Positions 1-14,100 are shown, counted from the first letter of the stretch. The stretch is 64,000 nucleotides of DNA from Leidyana gryllorum EB-2025a (GCA_048772705.1 JBLWGC010000177.1:1-64000), one strand, 5' to 3'. Translations and numbers: made by a program. The notes: generated by a model from the letters alone, not told the origin.

Positions 1-315
1 CGCATCAGAGACATGGCTCGGACTCGTGGTATTCATAATTGGTTGCGTAATGATTCGACCGAGACGGCGTCATTTCGAAACGCGTACGCGATTAAAGTCA
101 ACTTGTTGACCCGCTGTAATGGGGGTGTTGGGCGAGTCTGAGAAAACACTGGGGGGAGAAAATGCTTTCCGCGGTGTTGCGGTGGGAGATGTCCTGAGGG
201 TTGCAGTGAGCGTTGTACCACAACCGTCAACACGGGAAGGGCATCCGTCTTGGGGCTCGCAATCTAAGGTTTGGGATCGAGCCTGTTTGCACGTGACCCA
301 CACATCCCTCCAACG

Positions 316-2260
316 ATGGCAGTGGACTTGGTGCCAATATGTTGGGCAGAAGTATTTACTTTCTTGCGACTGCGAGAGGTGATGTACTATAGCCGAGTAT
401 CGGCATCCGCTCGCGTGGCAGTGCGGGATGTGTTTACTCCTATTCAACTGGCCTGTGACAGTGCTGACGCGGACCATTTCCAGCGTTACGAGTATTTTGA
501 TCAATGGTTGCGTCGCACTGCTCGAAATGTCAGGTCTGTGGTCTTTGTGGAGACCACTGCAAGTGATGGCTTGTGGGAGTTCTTCAAGGCGTTATGCAGT
601 CTAGGACTGCCTCAGTTGCAGTACTGTCTGGTGCGTCTGACAAAGGAGGGCTATTCAAGACGAATAGACGGCTATTATCCGGCTCTCTCGTACTTTAATG
701 TCGCCGGGAAGGATTGGTTGCCAAATCGATTGGAGATCGAGATCGACGCGCCGGCGCTCAAATATCTCATACTCCGCGGGGCAGATGTACCAAACTGCAA
801 GACTCAATTGATGGAGGGCTTAGCAGAGGAAATGGAACTGGTGGGTTGGCGGAACTCTGTCATCATTACCAGGGACGAATGGAAGGAAGTGTTGCCGGAA
901 GGGCCTTCGAACGTGGACATCTCCGATATCGTGATCCCTCCATCGAGCAGCCGATGTATTTACAGCCACGTCGAACTGCCTCATAGACTCGTGGGCTCCG
1001 CTGACAAATCCTACGATGAGATTCAATGGCCAATGGATGAACGGTGAGTTTCCAGTACTCTCTATCTGAGCTCAATTCCTTTCATGCAGACGTATCAATG
1101 CCTTCAAAGTGTGCGTTCCGAGGTTCTGGCATCGCTTTCGAGCGAACTTGTCGGACCAAATAGAGAGGCTGTTGTGTGACATTGAATCCTTCGTCACAAT
1201 AAGCTCAGATTGCAGCAATCGTGTCGAAGCCTGGGAGGAGCTCTTCCGGACGAGAGATATCGAGAACCTGCCCAGCTGGGTCGACTATCTCCCCGCCGTG
1301 CACTTACTTCACGGACGAGTGGGGTCGCAAGTTGCACAGCGCAATGAAACTCTCATCACGAGACCGGGACATTCCAACTTACCGGGCTCGATCGCCGAGT
1401 ACGTACTGGAGGACCTGCGCAGCTTGGTACGGCGTATCAAAGGTACCAAGGACTTGAAGAGGCTCATTCTGACATCCAGTGGATGGGAGAGGGTTAAGAA
1501 AATCTCCTCCATCCACATATCCCCCGATTGTGCGGGGGTCTGGTTGGGGTCCACACAGAATTTGCCCAATGGACCCCTCACAACGTTTCGTTTCATCCAG
1601 TTAGTCACGCATGGTAACATTGAGTACGCGGTTTGCCATGATCCAGTGACCAAATCGAGCACCATCTTTTGGACCTTTCTCGCCATATATACTCTCAAGA
1701 GACAATATGGGCTGAGTCTGCGCCTGGCCATGCAGATTGTCGGGTACTTCCCTCGCCCGTGGTCCCAACTGCTCCTGGAGTCAGTCTCCGGAAACGTCAA
1801 AGAAGACACTCTCAAGATGGCCCTCGACTACATCAACGTCAGGGTGCCGGAGACCTTTATAAAGTTCGGAATGCTCGGCGGCTGTACCGAGGACGAAGTG
1901 GAAGATCCATGGTGGCACTGGCTGGCTGACAAGGTATCCTGTCGACGGTGCTATGTCGGGGGCGTTGGGAAACTGGTACCCTTCGAGCGACGCCACTTCC
2001 AGCGGTGGTACTCAGAATTCTTGGACTCCACTTCACCGGAGGCAGTTTCTCTCGTTGAGCATCTCCCGTTCTGCATGATAGGGCACCTCGACACACATAA
2101 CGATTGGTTCCTGCGACGGATCTTTGAACGCAACTTTTTGGATCTCAATCGCTGGGGTGTCCCGGCCAAATTCCTTCCCACAACACTCCATCCCAAGTGG
2201 ATGGAGAAAGTTCCGAATGTTCCTCTGTCCGATGTTTTCTGCCGATGCCCTCATCCCTAA
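316..2260 (+). CDS. F-box/LRR-like family paralog 1 (2 exons, ~632 aa)
   Basis: ATG at 316 after an in-frame TAA at 265. F-box-like start (CWAEVFTFLRLREVMYYSRVS) and family motifs WLRRTA..V, LGLPQL, IDAPALKYL, LPSWVDYLP, YFPRPWSQLLLESVSG, FQRWY, LNRWGVP. Intron 1044-1089 (GTGAGT..CAG, 46 nt, phase 2) joins ORFs 271-1047 and 1109-2260 in frame. Confidence 0.8.
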
Positions 2261-4172
2261 CCTCCTCGCGGCCCGCCTTGGAGCTGTGACACACCCCATT
2301 GTTGACGGTGTAGGCGTCACGCCAATTAACACACCATGTCAAGATGCAACTCATTCGACTGTCGTGACTGGCACGACACCTTCGCTGACTGTAAACAATG
2401 TCGTCAGTCTGGTCCCAGGCACTTTGAGGAGAGTCGTCTCGTCCAAGACGACTCACATTCCGAGTCGCTCATCTTCAGCCAATGTCTTCAACTGTTGCGA
2501 TTGTTCAAGCGTCCGCTCACCCGCTGTGGTGGATCCAGTCTGCCGGCGTGACCGGCGGTAGTGAGGCCTTCCAGGGCGGCGGGAGCAGTAATGTCGCCTG
2601 TCCCGGACCGCTTGACCCCCCTCCTGAGCCACACAAATGAATTACTCCCCAAAAGCCTCCAGACCGAACCATAGACCTCTCCTCCGCGGCTCTGCCGCGA
2701 TCACCCTTCCATACAGCCGTTCTCCAGCCGCAAATCCATAGCTTGCGATATGGGCTCCGCTAGCTCCTTTCTTCACCATGGAGTGTCAGCCAACAGCCGA
2801 CCCTCTACATGGCTCTGCTCACAATCAGCACCTCCCATTTGTGTCGGAGCAGTAAAGAGAGTGACCAATACGACAACTCGTTCGATACGGGAAGAAATCC
2901 GAGACTTGAGGCTTTCTTTCGAAACCCTCCCGAGCGTTCAGCGCAGCTTCTCATCTCAGGATGATTCACCGCTCTTATCCGACGGAGTTGAACGCTCCCC
3001 AGTCCGCCATCAGCCTCGTGGCTCACCTCTATGTGGTCGCAGAGGCCCCGTGTCATGCGCGCGGCCACTCACGAGGTGATCACCCTGATACGTCGCACCC
3101 AGTAGGAATACCACATGCCTGCCGCGGGATCAACCAAACCTCTTCACTCCGATTTCTGTATATACTTGAAATACTTTCCCTCAGAGGTGTGGGTCGTAAA
3201 TCAGCCAACATGCGTATCTCATTGTGAAGTCGAAATGACGCAATATTCAGATTTCGGGAAATAATCTTCAAGTACGTTGTTCGTCGTTGGAGACGTATTA
3301 TTATATGCAATACGTCATCTCATCAAGCGGACAATGCAAGAATCCAAGACCGGAACTCCACGTATATCAATAACCAGACCACTTGACCAGTGCACTGCAG
3401 CCAAGTGATATTCCAAGGAAGATGCCCCCACCAATCAAAAAGCTTTTCATTCCTTCGCGACGCGGAACTTCAACAAATCCTACAGATGGAAGCATCGAGC
3501 GTACATAGTAAAGTAGACATCAGACATGGCCCGCCAGTGGGCTGTCGCTCCTTCGCCTCGCGAACCCCATGTAGAGAGGGGTTCCGGACGCCTGCGGTGT
3601 TGCTACTGCCGCTGTGGGGTCCTCGATGTCGCTTTGGGGAAACACTCTCCCACGCAAACCGACGGGACAAACAGCCGGCAATGGCACAGGGAACCCCACA
3701 TTCTTCAACTCGCTGATTGATCACCATACTGCTCAGCCACGTATTCCGTGAGTGTAAGGTGATGGATCTAACGAAGATACCGGCAGCAGGGCTCCAACAA
3801 CGACAGAAAGCTCAGAATTGGAGCCCAGATGAGGCCTCTAAGCATCCGTCAGTACCAAAGGTTGGGGGAGTGTTTTCGCACACACACCTGTGTGCGAGCT
3901 GAAGTAGGTGGGGCGGTGCTGTGTGGTGATGCTGATGGCGTCTCCGTTCCAATCTCCCATGATGTCGGCATAAGTGGTTTTTGTGTCAGACGTCTCGATT
4001 CTCAGTTTCATCCAAACTTCGTTGCTTGCCGTCCGGCGAAGACAAAAGTTGTGAAGGGGGGCATTTTCCTCGCTTCTCAATTGTCACCATTGTCAGTCAC
4101 TTATTTTCTTGCGAACAAGAACAAAATGATTGTTTTTCGATTAGCAGTTGAACTCTGGAGTGCTGAAAAAGA

Positions 4173-6881
4173 TTAAGTGGTCAATGCCGAGGGCAGGAAT
4201 GAGCTCGGGGTTCCGGAGACTTTGGCTTGCGTCCCTGGGATGTGGGGATAATCTGGGTGAGGTTCCACTTCACCAGAAGTGTGAACAAAGAGGGGATACG
4301 TGCACAAGTGTCCGTGGGGAAGCTCGCGATTTGCAGTACCACTGAAAGCCAACCAGTTGTTCCAGGACAGGGATTTGACGAGACTGGAACAGTCGGGGTC
4401 AGCTGGGCGCAGGAACTCTTGGGCAATAGACCCCAAGTGCTCGTGCCAGAGGTGGAGGCGGTAGCCATGTATATCGCCTCGGGGTAATTGAACCTCGTGT
4501 CCCTCATCCTCCTGTACGGTGAAGGCGGGTTGCCAACAGCCAACAGCAATCTCGGTGTCCCGGCAGCCTGCCATACTTCTTTCATTTATGTTAGCCGAAC
4601 CCATGATGAGATACTCGTCGTCCACTATCATCATCTTGGAGTGCACATAGATCTGCAGTCTACGATTGTTGAGGGCATTGGCGAGCTCCGCAGAAGCTTT
4701 CGGTGGCACTTCAACGGGGTATTCCGGCTCACGTTTCCCCACGAAGAAGAATTGGAGGTACTGATGTGGGTGTATGTTGGACTTCCCGACCGCTTTGAGC
4801 GTGGCCCCTGTGGAACATGAATTTTTGATTGGAAATGTGGTCAGAAGGGTCTGGGGGGGGGACAGTGATTCGGGGGGGTTTGAGAACAGGAGTAGTGATT
4901 CGGTTCGGTTGGGTTTTGAGACTGACCTATGCGGTTGTACATCATTCTGATGGTCTGGAATTGCCAGTGTAGAATTTCTTGTACTGTTCCGCTGGTTGGG
5001 GCGCCTTCAGGGAAGAGCGGTATGAGAATATATGCGCAGAATTGCTCGCCTCCTCGGATAGCACGGCATATGCGGCGGCATATCGCATAGGGTACCAGAT
5101 GCCAGGCGGGAACTTCTGGGAGTTCCCGCCAGTACTGCGCGGAGCCCAGGAAGTACTGATTTTCTATGTAAATGAAGTTTCGAGCCTTGTCAATGAGATA
5201 CAAGTAAGCAGCTTGTATTCCGCGATCGACCATGTTCTTTGTGGAAACATATCGGCCAGTGAACTTCTTGCTGTCAAAAACAGCAGATTCAGTGTCGAGA
5301 GATCTGAAAACTTGGACATCAAAGGCTCGGGGATCTTCCGGGTTGATAAGGCACATATCACCGTTCCGCAGGCAGTCCTTCTCGAACATCAGGTCAAGTT
5401 TGAAGTTAATAATAGTTAAAGCATCTGTGGCTTGTTTCTTGAGTCGTTCTCTGTATGTGGCCAGGACATCCCAAGCAGCCGGGCCTATAATGCGCGCATG
5501 GACATCATGCCACGGCTCTCTGGGACCACTGTTAGCTGTCGCGTCCAGGATACACCCATTGTAAAAGTCTTCGTGGTGAGCTGTCTTCAAGGTGGCGAAG
5601 AGCTCGTGCCGGCTGGTGTCGTACCGCCCACTGGTGAGATCCAGACCACCCACATAGCTCCATATCACCCGTCGATGGTCCGGTTCGACTGGGTTGGGGC
5701 CATCCATCAGCACGATCTGCACCAACAACGTTGTGCCAACAAGATAACAAACAAACACACACTGTCCCTACCTTCTGATGGTGGGTGAAGCTCGTCCCTT
5801 TGAGGGCGCCGACTAACGGATACAACAGTGTACCAACATCGTCCCCAGCGGTGCGCTTTGCCAAGATGACCTTCACTTTGCTTCCCCTAAAGTACTCGCG
5901 AGTGTACTCATCGTAGGTAGCCATGAGACCTGACTTCATGAACTCTGGACCGTCGACCGAAGTGACGTCATCCCAACACATCAGTATAATCTCCACGCCC
6001 TCCTCGGAACGCCGCTTGAGCAGTTCTCCAAGGGTTTCCGGATGATTCTCGGTCTCATCGTAGGACCGCGTCAGGCGTGTGGCAGTGTTGATGGACCACC
6101 CCGCAAAAAGGATGAAGTGCTCGGCCGCACAAACACTGTCATATATGTCTTGCCAGCAGCTGCGAGCCTCATATTTGCCAGTCGCGATATCCAGAGCCGG
6201 AAAATCGCCGGGAAGGCAGTGAGCATCATGATAGAAGTGTACAACATTTCCATGTGATCGTTTATAGTACGAGTTAGGCACAGCGTTGCTGGAAGGATCT
6301 TTGGCATTCACCAGAGGATACCAACGGAACTCAACGTTGACCTGAGTCATTGTGTGGGAGTCGGGTTTCGCTTGAGGATGACGCAATGTCAACGTCGCAG
6401 CTATTGTCTTGGTACTAATCACAGACTTGAGACTCACTTTAACTTGGGCCAAGAGATCATCATTATACGGTCCGTGCATGTCGTCATCGAATATGGTGAT
6501 GATTAAGTGGGGACCCGAGTACTCCGCCGACGCCGAGTTTGATGTTGGAGGAAAGTCGTCGGGAAACACGGGGTCGTTGTCCGAGACATCGACCAACGTC
6601 GAGAACTCATCGTCCCACTTGGGGTTCAGAGCCTTATTCACAGTCTTCGTTCGACCCAGACGATATGTGCGGTCCGGCTGCACTTGAAGTGCCACCACTG
6701 CGTAAGGATCTGGCGGCGCTCCGCAGGCATCCGCGGCACCACATTTACGAATATCCGCGCCACAAACCAATTTGCGATACCACGAAGAAGTTGTGTAACG
6801 TCTTCGAAACGCTGTGTAGGCATGCTGGACATTCAAGCCTTCCACAACCCTCACATGAAGCAGACCAAAAAATCGCGTCAT
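4173..6881 (-). CDS. PLD: C2-domain phospholipase D (plant PLD-alpha/beta-like architecture)
   Basis: N-terminal C2 domain (PDPYAVV, RTKTVNKALNPKWDDEF, ITIFDDD). Two HKD motifs: THHQK|IVLMD across intron 5717-5771, and YVHSKMMIVDD. Also GGLDLTSGRYDT, PREPWHD, IYIENQYFLG, GSANINERS, RDTEIA. Second intron 4808-4926. Confidence 0.93.
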
Positions 6882-6953
6882 TCTTCGACGAACAACTGGG
6901 TCGCAGCACGAAAATTGAGATCTTCCGAAAATGATCAACAAGAACGACAAAAA

Positions 6954-9900
6954 TCAGACTCTCCGACCGCGAGATGATGTCGAGAGTCTGGAGGCACTCT
7001 GCCGAGCAGACGAGCTCGGCCGAGCCGCGGAACTCACGGATAATCGAGCTGGGGACTTCCCCCCCGTTTTCGCCTCCTTCGAACCCGAGCTCTCCTTTTT
7101 CTCTCCCGACTCGCTGCTGCCCTTCCCGGCCGCGGGAGTCGAGCTCGACGACTTTCGTCTCTCCTTCGTTTCACCGGCGGCTGACGGAGACAGTCGGGCT
7201 GGAGACTTTGTGACCCCTGGTGACTTGGACGACCGCTTCTTGTCATCTTTCACTCTGCCAGGGGAGATAGATAATCTCCCAGGAGACTTGGCCAATCGCT
7301 TCTTGTCGTCCTTTCCTGACTTCTCTTTACCTCCTTCAGCTGCTTCCGCCTTCTCGCGGGCTCTTCGTTCGCGACGTTCTCGCTTCCGTGCCGCTTCCTC
7401 GTCTTCATCCTCTCCTCCGGCGGCCCGTCTCTCCTCTTTCATTTTGATCATTTTCTCTTCCAAGGCGAGAGCTCTGTCCTCGGCAACCTTCAGAGCGGCA
7501 GCAGAGTCGGCAATGTCCTTTTCGAACAGTTCACGTTCCCTTTGCAGAGATCGTTTGTACAGCTCAGCTTCGCTCTTCAACGACTTGGTGAGTTCCACCG
7601 ACTTTTTCAGGTCGGAGTAGATCTCTTGATTCACTGTCCGGAGGTCATTGAGGAGGGTGGCTTCTTCCTTCTCGCGCTCGACGATATCTAAGAAGCGCTG
7701 TCTGTAGTAGAGGATCATTCCCAGAAGCTTGGACCGGTCCTCTTCCTTTGCTATCGCTCTGACCTGTTCCTCCTCGAACAAGACCGCGTTGCCTTCGGGG
7801 TCCAGGCACTGCTCATAGCGGTCCAAGCGCTGGAGTCGTTGCTTGAGCTCCTGATTGTCTTCTTCCACCTTGGTGCAGAGCTCTGTCAGTCAGTAATTAA
7901 ACTGAAAGCCTTTTGCAGTGTACCACTTACTTCTGGCCATGGCGAGTTCCACGTCCCTCTCGGCCAATTCTGCCGAGAGACGTTCCAACTCTTTGACAAC
8001 AGTCGCGAACTGTTCGTTCCCATCCATACTAAGTTTGTGTGCCACTTCACGCCCGTACCACTCGATCGTTTTGACGATCCTGCGGCAATGAAAACTCCAA
8101 GCGAGCTTCTCCAGCTGTTCAATAAGATAAACATTATGGGAGAATAGATCGCTCAATACTCACGTGAAGCAACTGGAGCTTTTGAGTGGCTCCTCGCAGT
8201 TTCTCGTCGCACAGTCTCTTGAGGCCCTCAATGTCAGCTCTGACCTGCTCGTGTTCCATCCCAATGATCAAACACATCTTCTCCAAGGGATTCAGTAAGC
8301 GGCAGACACTGTCAATCCTGCGATTGGTCCGTAATTTCTCCAACTCTAAAACTCGCTCGGCTTGAGCCGGATCGCGGGTCCGAGCTGCTGCAGCCGCCAA
8401 CTCTGGCGAAACCCCGAGACTCGTCAAGCGAGTCTGGAAAGGTCCGTACCGGAAAAGGAGAGCCGAACTGCGAGAGAATAGATCACTCACTCACTCAATC
8501 ACTCACTTGACCAACTTTAGCATCTGCACATGGATCATTCCCTGCCAATTGCCACTCTTTCCGGACGGGATCGCAATGTCTGTCTTGTCGAACGGCTCTC
8601 GGAGCTCTTGAATGCGGGCGTGCATCTGGTCCAACCGTAAGCGCAGAGGCAGTTTGGCGCCCACATTGGAGGAGTGTTGTAGATTCGGCTGCCCCAAACC
8701 GGTGTCCATTGGGGACTCAATGGTCCCAGATCCCGTGGGGGTTAGGGTTGGAATCGATTTGTGCTCTCCAGAGGCAATGGCTGTGGTCTGAGTCGTCAGC
8801 GGAGACAGCCCGAGAGTTCGCATAATCGTCCCAACATAGTCAAGTTTAGCGATCAGATCAGAGTTGACTTCCCGCAGCTTCCGATTCTCGGCGTGGGCTT
8901 CGCGACGGTGCCGTTTGAGATCCATAACAATGTCGTCGACCTCCGCGATTTTGACAGACTCCTCTTCGGTCCCCGGCGGGACGACTTTGCGAGCCGCCTG
9001 GACGGCCAAGAGATCATCAGCAGCAAAGGTCTCTAGCCGTGCCAGGGAGGTCGTCGGCTTGAGCTCCTCGCCGACTTCGATTTCGCGTTGGTTTAGATCC
9101 TCCATTTTATGTAAGAAACTCAACGCCCGTTTCAGTGACCTCCGTTCTTCCGACTCGCCGGCTTCCGGCTCATATGAAGCTCTAAGGGAGGAGGCCCATC
9201 TGTTTCACCGACAATGCAGAACTTACGTCAGAGTGGGGAGGGTATTGGTACGCAGATACTTTTGTCGGAGGCCCTGGGGTCCCGCGACTTTCTGCTCGTC
9301 AGCTGGTGCGGCTCCGGGCCCGGCGACAAAGATGAGAGCGCTCATTTTCTCAATCTTCTCCTTCAACTCCTTTTCAAGATTGCCTACCTCGGCCATGCGT
9401 TCTTGATATTTGGCCTCGAGAGCGCGACGTTCTTTGCCCGATACACCTCGTTCTTCAGCTCCACCACCGCCTCCTTCGACTACGGCGGGCAACCCTTCAA
9501 TATCCTCCTTCTCAACACCGGCCCGGGCAGCCAGATGGACGAGTTGGGCTTGAAGTTTGGCAATTAATTCCTTTTGCTGCGCGATGATACTCTGCTCGGG
9601 AGACAAGAAGTTCTTCTCGACCTTCTTAGTGATCTTTTTGGTACGTTCTGCAAACCTCAGCGTAGACAAAGAGATTTCCATAGCCTGAGTAGACGGATGG
9701 ACGGCGACCAACAAACAGGCACGCGAGTTGCCTTCAAGCGCTCTCTGCAGCAAACGAGTCAATTTGGACTCTCTCCATGGGACAAAGAGCTTCGCCAACG
9801 TCTTCTTGTCGACCTCTTTACCCTCCTCTTTCGCCTTGGCCACCATAACGGACTTTTTGGACATCTTATTGATGACTTCGGCGAGACAGAAAAGAGACTT

Positions 9901-11024
9901 ATTGATAGCCTGTCCCTCCGCTTGGCGTTCCTTAGCGTCCTCGACACCATCTGCAGCCATGGCGGCTCTCTCGTTACCCGCGAGATCGACCAGTTTCATC
10001 TCTCCTTCGGTTGCGATCTCACTCCCGTCGGCGTGAGTCTCGCTGCGTTCGAATCGGATAGAAAATACCGTATGGGAACGGGACGACACCTCATTGAAAT
10101 TCGTTCGCGCGATGTGACGCTTCACCTCAGCTCTGCAACGAGATACAAAGGAGTGTGGTTCGACGGAGACCTACGCCTGAAGCAGGGCCATGACGTCTTC
10201 GAGTCCCTGCACCTCTACTTGTTTGAGACCCACAGCATAGAAACTGCCGTTCTTATCTTCTTTGACATCGAGATTCTCAGCCGCCTGCGTAGCTGTCCCT
10301 CCCAGGAGATCGTTGACTTTCTCATTATAAATTTCGACATAGTCAACTCGAACCAGATGTTCCTGTGTGCACACGATGAATGATAATCAAGTCGACCCAC
10401 AGCTCTCTCGCTTACTGCCTTGACAACCCCTGGGGGTCTGATGTGATGGAAATAGAACGGATGAGTTGAGCGAGCAACTTTCCTTGACGCACCTTTGATA
10501 ATCGTCAATCATGTCAAACACACATGCCACACTGCGCGGAAGCATCCCCGGATCTGTGGGCCCTCCCATAATACTCCACGTCTTTCCACAACCTGTTTGA
10601 CCGTAAGCCATATAACAGCCGTTGAAGCCTAACGGGGGGGAAGTTGGAGTGTTTGTTGGGGAACCTGCGAGAGACGCTCTCACCATCTGCCACATCCGAC
10701 ACAATATCTTTGGCCGTCTTATTGAACACATTCTCGTTGGAACCTGTGACGACAGCCACTCTCGTGAGCAGCGATAGAGCAGTGAGACTCACTGTCACTA
10801 TCGAAACAAGCGTCAAATGCATAGTTTGCTTTCAGTCTGACACCATTAGGTGGCTGTTTCATGAGTTTCAGGATACCATCCTCATGAAGTTCCCAGGCCT
10901 TTTCGTGGCCAGCGGCGATCTGTCAGGATAAATTGACCGTCTGCTCTCCCTAGGGTCAGCGTACTTCTTTCGGAAATAGAGGCCTTTGCCTTATACATAC
11001 TCGAATGAACTCCTCACGAGCCAT
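6954..11024 (-). CDS. N-terminal motor kinesin (kinesin-7/CENP-E-like) with coiled-coil stalk and Ser/Lys-rich tail; multi-exon
   Basis: Spliced start MAREEFIRVCIRQRPL, P-loop AYGQTGCGKT, YVEIYNEKVNDLL, SSRSH, LVDLAGNER, VPWRESKLTRLLQ, TLRFAER. In-frame GT-AG introns include 7883-7930, 8115-8163 and 8468-8506. Subfamily is inferred. Confidence 0.9.
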
Positions 11025-11104
11025 TCTCTGGAGTTGAAGCCCCCCACAGCACAGCGCATGCGACCAGCCTCTTCATTCCCCAAGTCCGTAGCGCTTTTTT
11101 TGCA

Positions 11105-14100
11105 ATGCCCCCACGCGGGCGGCAGCGCTGTACTCATTGCGATGGGACCAACTTTGTGCAGGACGACGCTGGCTTCTATGTCTGCAACGACTGTGGCACT
11201 GTTCTGGAGGGGGTGCGGCGAACTGAGCGGTAGGGGACCCCCACTCGTCACAAATATTGCCTTTTTAGAGACACTGAAGACCTCCTCTTCGAGTATACCG
11301 GCAGTCTAACTGGCGAAGGGGGTGGTGTAACCACTCGCAGAGCTGGCCGCACAGGTGGCCAACATGCAACTCTCACCCTGGCAAGTCGAGACTATGCAGC
11401 CGACTGGCACACCCTCGATGCTCACCGCGGTCGCTTGGAGGGTCCGACGGAAGCTGACTATCTGTTGGCTGTGCAGAACATCATAAAGCAGTGCATAAAG
11501 GGCGTGTGTAAACGATTCCTGTTGGGCGAAGCCGGCCGCAGATGGGAGGAAGAGGCCAAAGGCATATGGTTGTTGTTGTTACGATCATTTGAACGAAGCA
11601 GAGAAACAATGCGATCCTTCTTCGCTGATAATCGGCGAAGATCACTCAAAGTGAACCCCAACCGCATCGACGGCATGTTGACTGGGGATTTGGAACTGAC
11701 AACAGCACTCTTCACAGTCAACGATCCCGTCAGTGAGCTCAATCCCATAACTTTGGAGGCTTTCAACATGGCCGTTGAGAGATTAGGCCGCAACAAAGCC
11801 GCATACATTCGACGCTTAGTCGATGGAGTCCCCTCTCAACACAACCGTCGCCCCACGACTCCCAACCCAGCAGCAGCTTCCGCGGACGAGGTGAAACACG
11901 AAGAGGGAACGGAGGTTGGCAGAGGTGCTGAGGCGGCCAGACGAGCTGAAGCGGCTCCCGAATTGGTGGAACAGAGTCCGGAAGCCGGAGAGACGGCAGG
12001 TGTGGCGTCTCCTACAAAGCGAGAAAGGAAAGATGGTCTCTCGGCTTGGGAGGAGACCAAAACAACCGTTGGGTCAGCTGGTCGAAAGCGTCTGCCCGAG
12101 TTTCTGGGTCTACGGGAGCGCATGTTGGCCGAGGTGAACAAGAAGAGACGGCTGTGTTTGAATCCCTGGAGCACGTGGGATGGAACAGCTCAAATCTCGA
12201 GGAATAGTCTGAGTCAGTCTCGAAAGAGGATTCAAGCCCTCTTGACCGACAGAGGGCTGAGTGTAACTCCATATGAGGACGCGAGCCCGTCAGGTGGGGG
12301 GAAGAAAAAGTACTCTTCCGATCTGCAGGCCGCTATCCACGCTGTTTATGACCACGACTTGCTGGAGGCTATCCTCCGAACCGAGTTTGAGCTGTTGGAG
12401 AACGTGGCTGATCCGGCGAATATATTGTCTCATCCGGCCGGTCCGCCGCTGTCTATCAGTTTGCTGCAGGCCTCGTCCAACTCCAACTTGGCTCAAATGG
12501 TCACAACGGCGTTCTCCACTGAGGAGTTCCATATGGTGGCAGCGAGACTGCACGAATTGTATACAGAGTCGGCGCAGTTTATACGTCAATTGTACGGAGA
12601 CAAGCGGCGGTACAAAGAACAGTCATTGACTGAGGAGGAACGATTCCTTTTGTCTCGAATACCGCCGGCTGCGAGGAGACAGCGCGACTTTTATGCGAGT
12701 GCTGTGGAGAAGAGCCATCCCCGACAACGAGACACACCGCCAACTATTCGTTTACAGCCGCTGCGAACGTCGTTGCAGATCACTACGATCCAGGGCCTGG
12801 CTGAGGCATACAGGTCCACAACAGCAGACTTGACGCCTCCAGCAGCTGACAAGTCTGTGACATATCTCACACCAATGATACCCAATCTCTGGCTGAACAT
12901 ACGAGGAGCAGAAAACGCGAGCGGGTTCACCAGCCATGTTCGAACTGGAGAGGTGATGCGGCTGACACAGCTCATCACTAAGGGAGAGCTGCCCGGTGTC
13001 CTAACTGCGTTATCGGAGGTCACTGTGGACACTCGACTGCTCTTCCCATTGGTACTGGTGGCATCTCGGCAAGCTGGTCTGGGAGTGACGGCCGCCGATC
13101 TGATCCGCTGGGCGGTGGAAGAGCGGTCTCACATGTTGTCATATTTGGTGGAAGAGGGGGTCGACATCCCACCTTGGCTCCTGCACGGCGCGTTTCGGGT
13201 GCAACCTGTGGCTCGGGTGGCAGCCACGCAGAAGAGATCAGCTATTACGACTGACTTTCATCTCTTGTTGCCGAGACTTCCGCCACGCGTACAATCTCTA
13301 CAAACAACGGCCGAAGAGTTTGAGGCTCTTCTGGGATTGAAAGAGAGAGTGCCTCGCGAATTACTCCGGAATCGATTGGTGGTGCGACTATTACATCATT
13401 CTTTTCTGCCACCTAACCTTCAAGTCCCATGTCTCAGGATCATCTCGACCTCATCTGATACCCCGTCATCGGAAGCCGACGATCTGCACTTCATCGCCGC
13501 TGCTATTCTGGCCACTTGCAGACTGTACTGGAGTTCTTTCCGCACCAATGAGCCCCTGAAAGCTCGCGACTTTGACGATACAGCAGTGCCCTCGTGGAGA
13601 ATGGATGACGCGGTATGGAGAGACATTGCCGTCGCTTTGGCTCAAAGCCGAACACCCGTCCCCACCTCGCTGGACTCCAAACTGGCGTATGTCAATAAGA
13701 GGGAGGTGGAGGATGCATTGGGCGAACAGTTGAACGCCTATCGCACCTTCCTGTCCTTTGAGAAAGAAAACCGTTACGCTCCCATCTGCCGTATAATCAA
13801 TCAGGGCCACAGCGGCCGACCGATAATCGGTGCCGGTCAGTCCCTTCAGACTGCAAAGGAGAAGGAGATGTTCGAGTTTCCCCACGGTTCATACTTGCCA
13901 CCCCTATACACACGCTCAGAAAAGGAAGCGTATTTCCCTCTGCAGTTCCGTAAGCCCAATTGAGTCATCTGTTGTGGTTGTTGACCACTTTTGTTGTCGT
14001 TCAGCTTGGTACACGCAGTTTCGTCAAGGACCCGATGGAGTGCGCTCCTTACCGCCTCTTCCCATCACACTGGCGATACACGCTCAGCGGATGGCAGATC

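Noticed and set aside
1021-1110. Programmed frameshift, stop readthrough or pseudogenisation between the paired family ORFs
   Set aside because: Canonical GT-AG introns restore the frame in every split copy.
6931-7620. 229 aa + strand ORF, and similar ones such as 9574-10383, 17975-18811 and 19405-20568
   Set aside because: These are antisense or off-frame shadows of well-supported genes.
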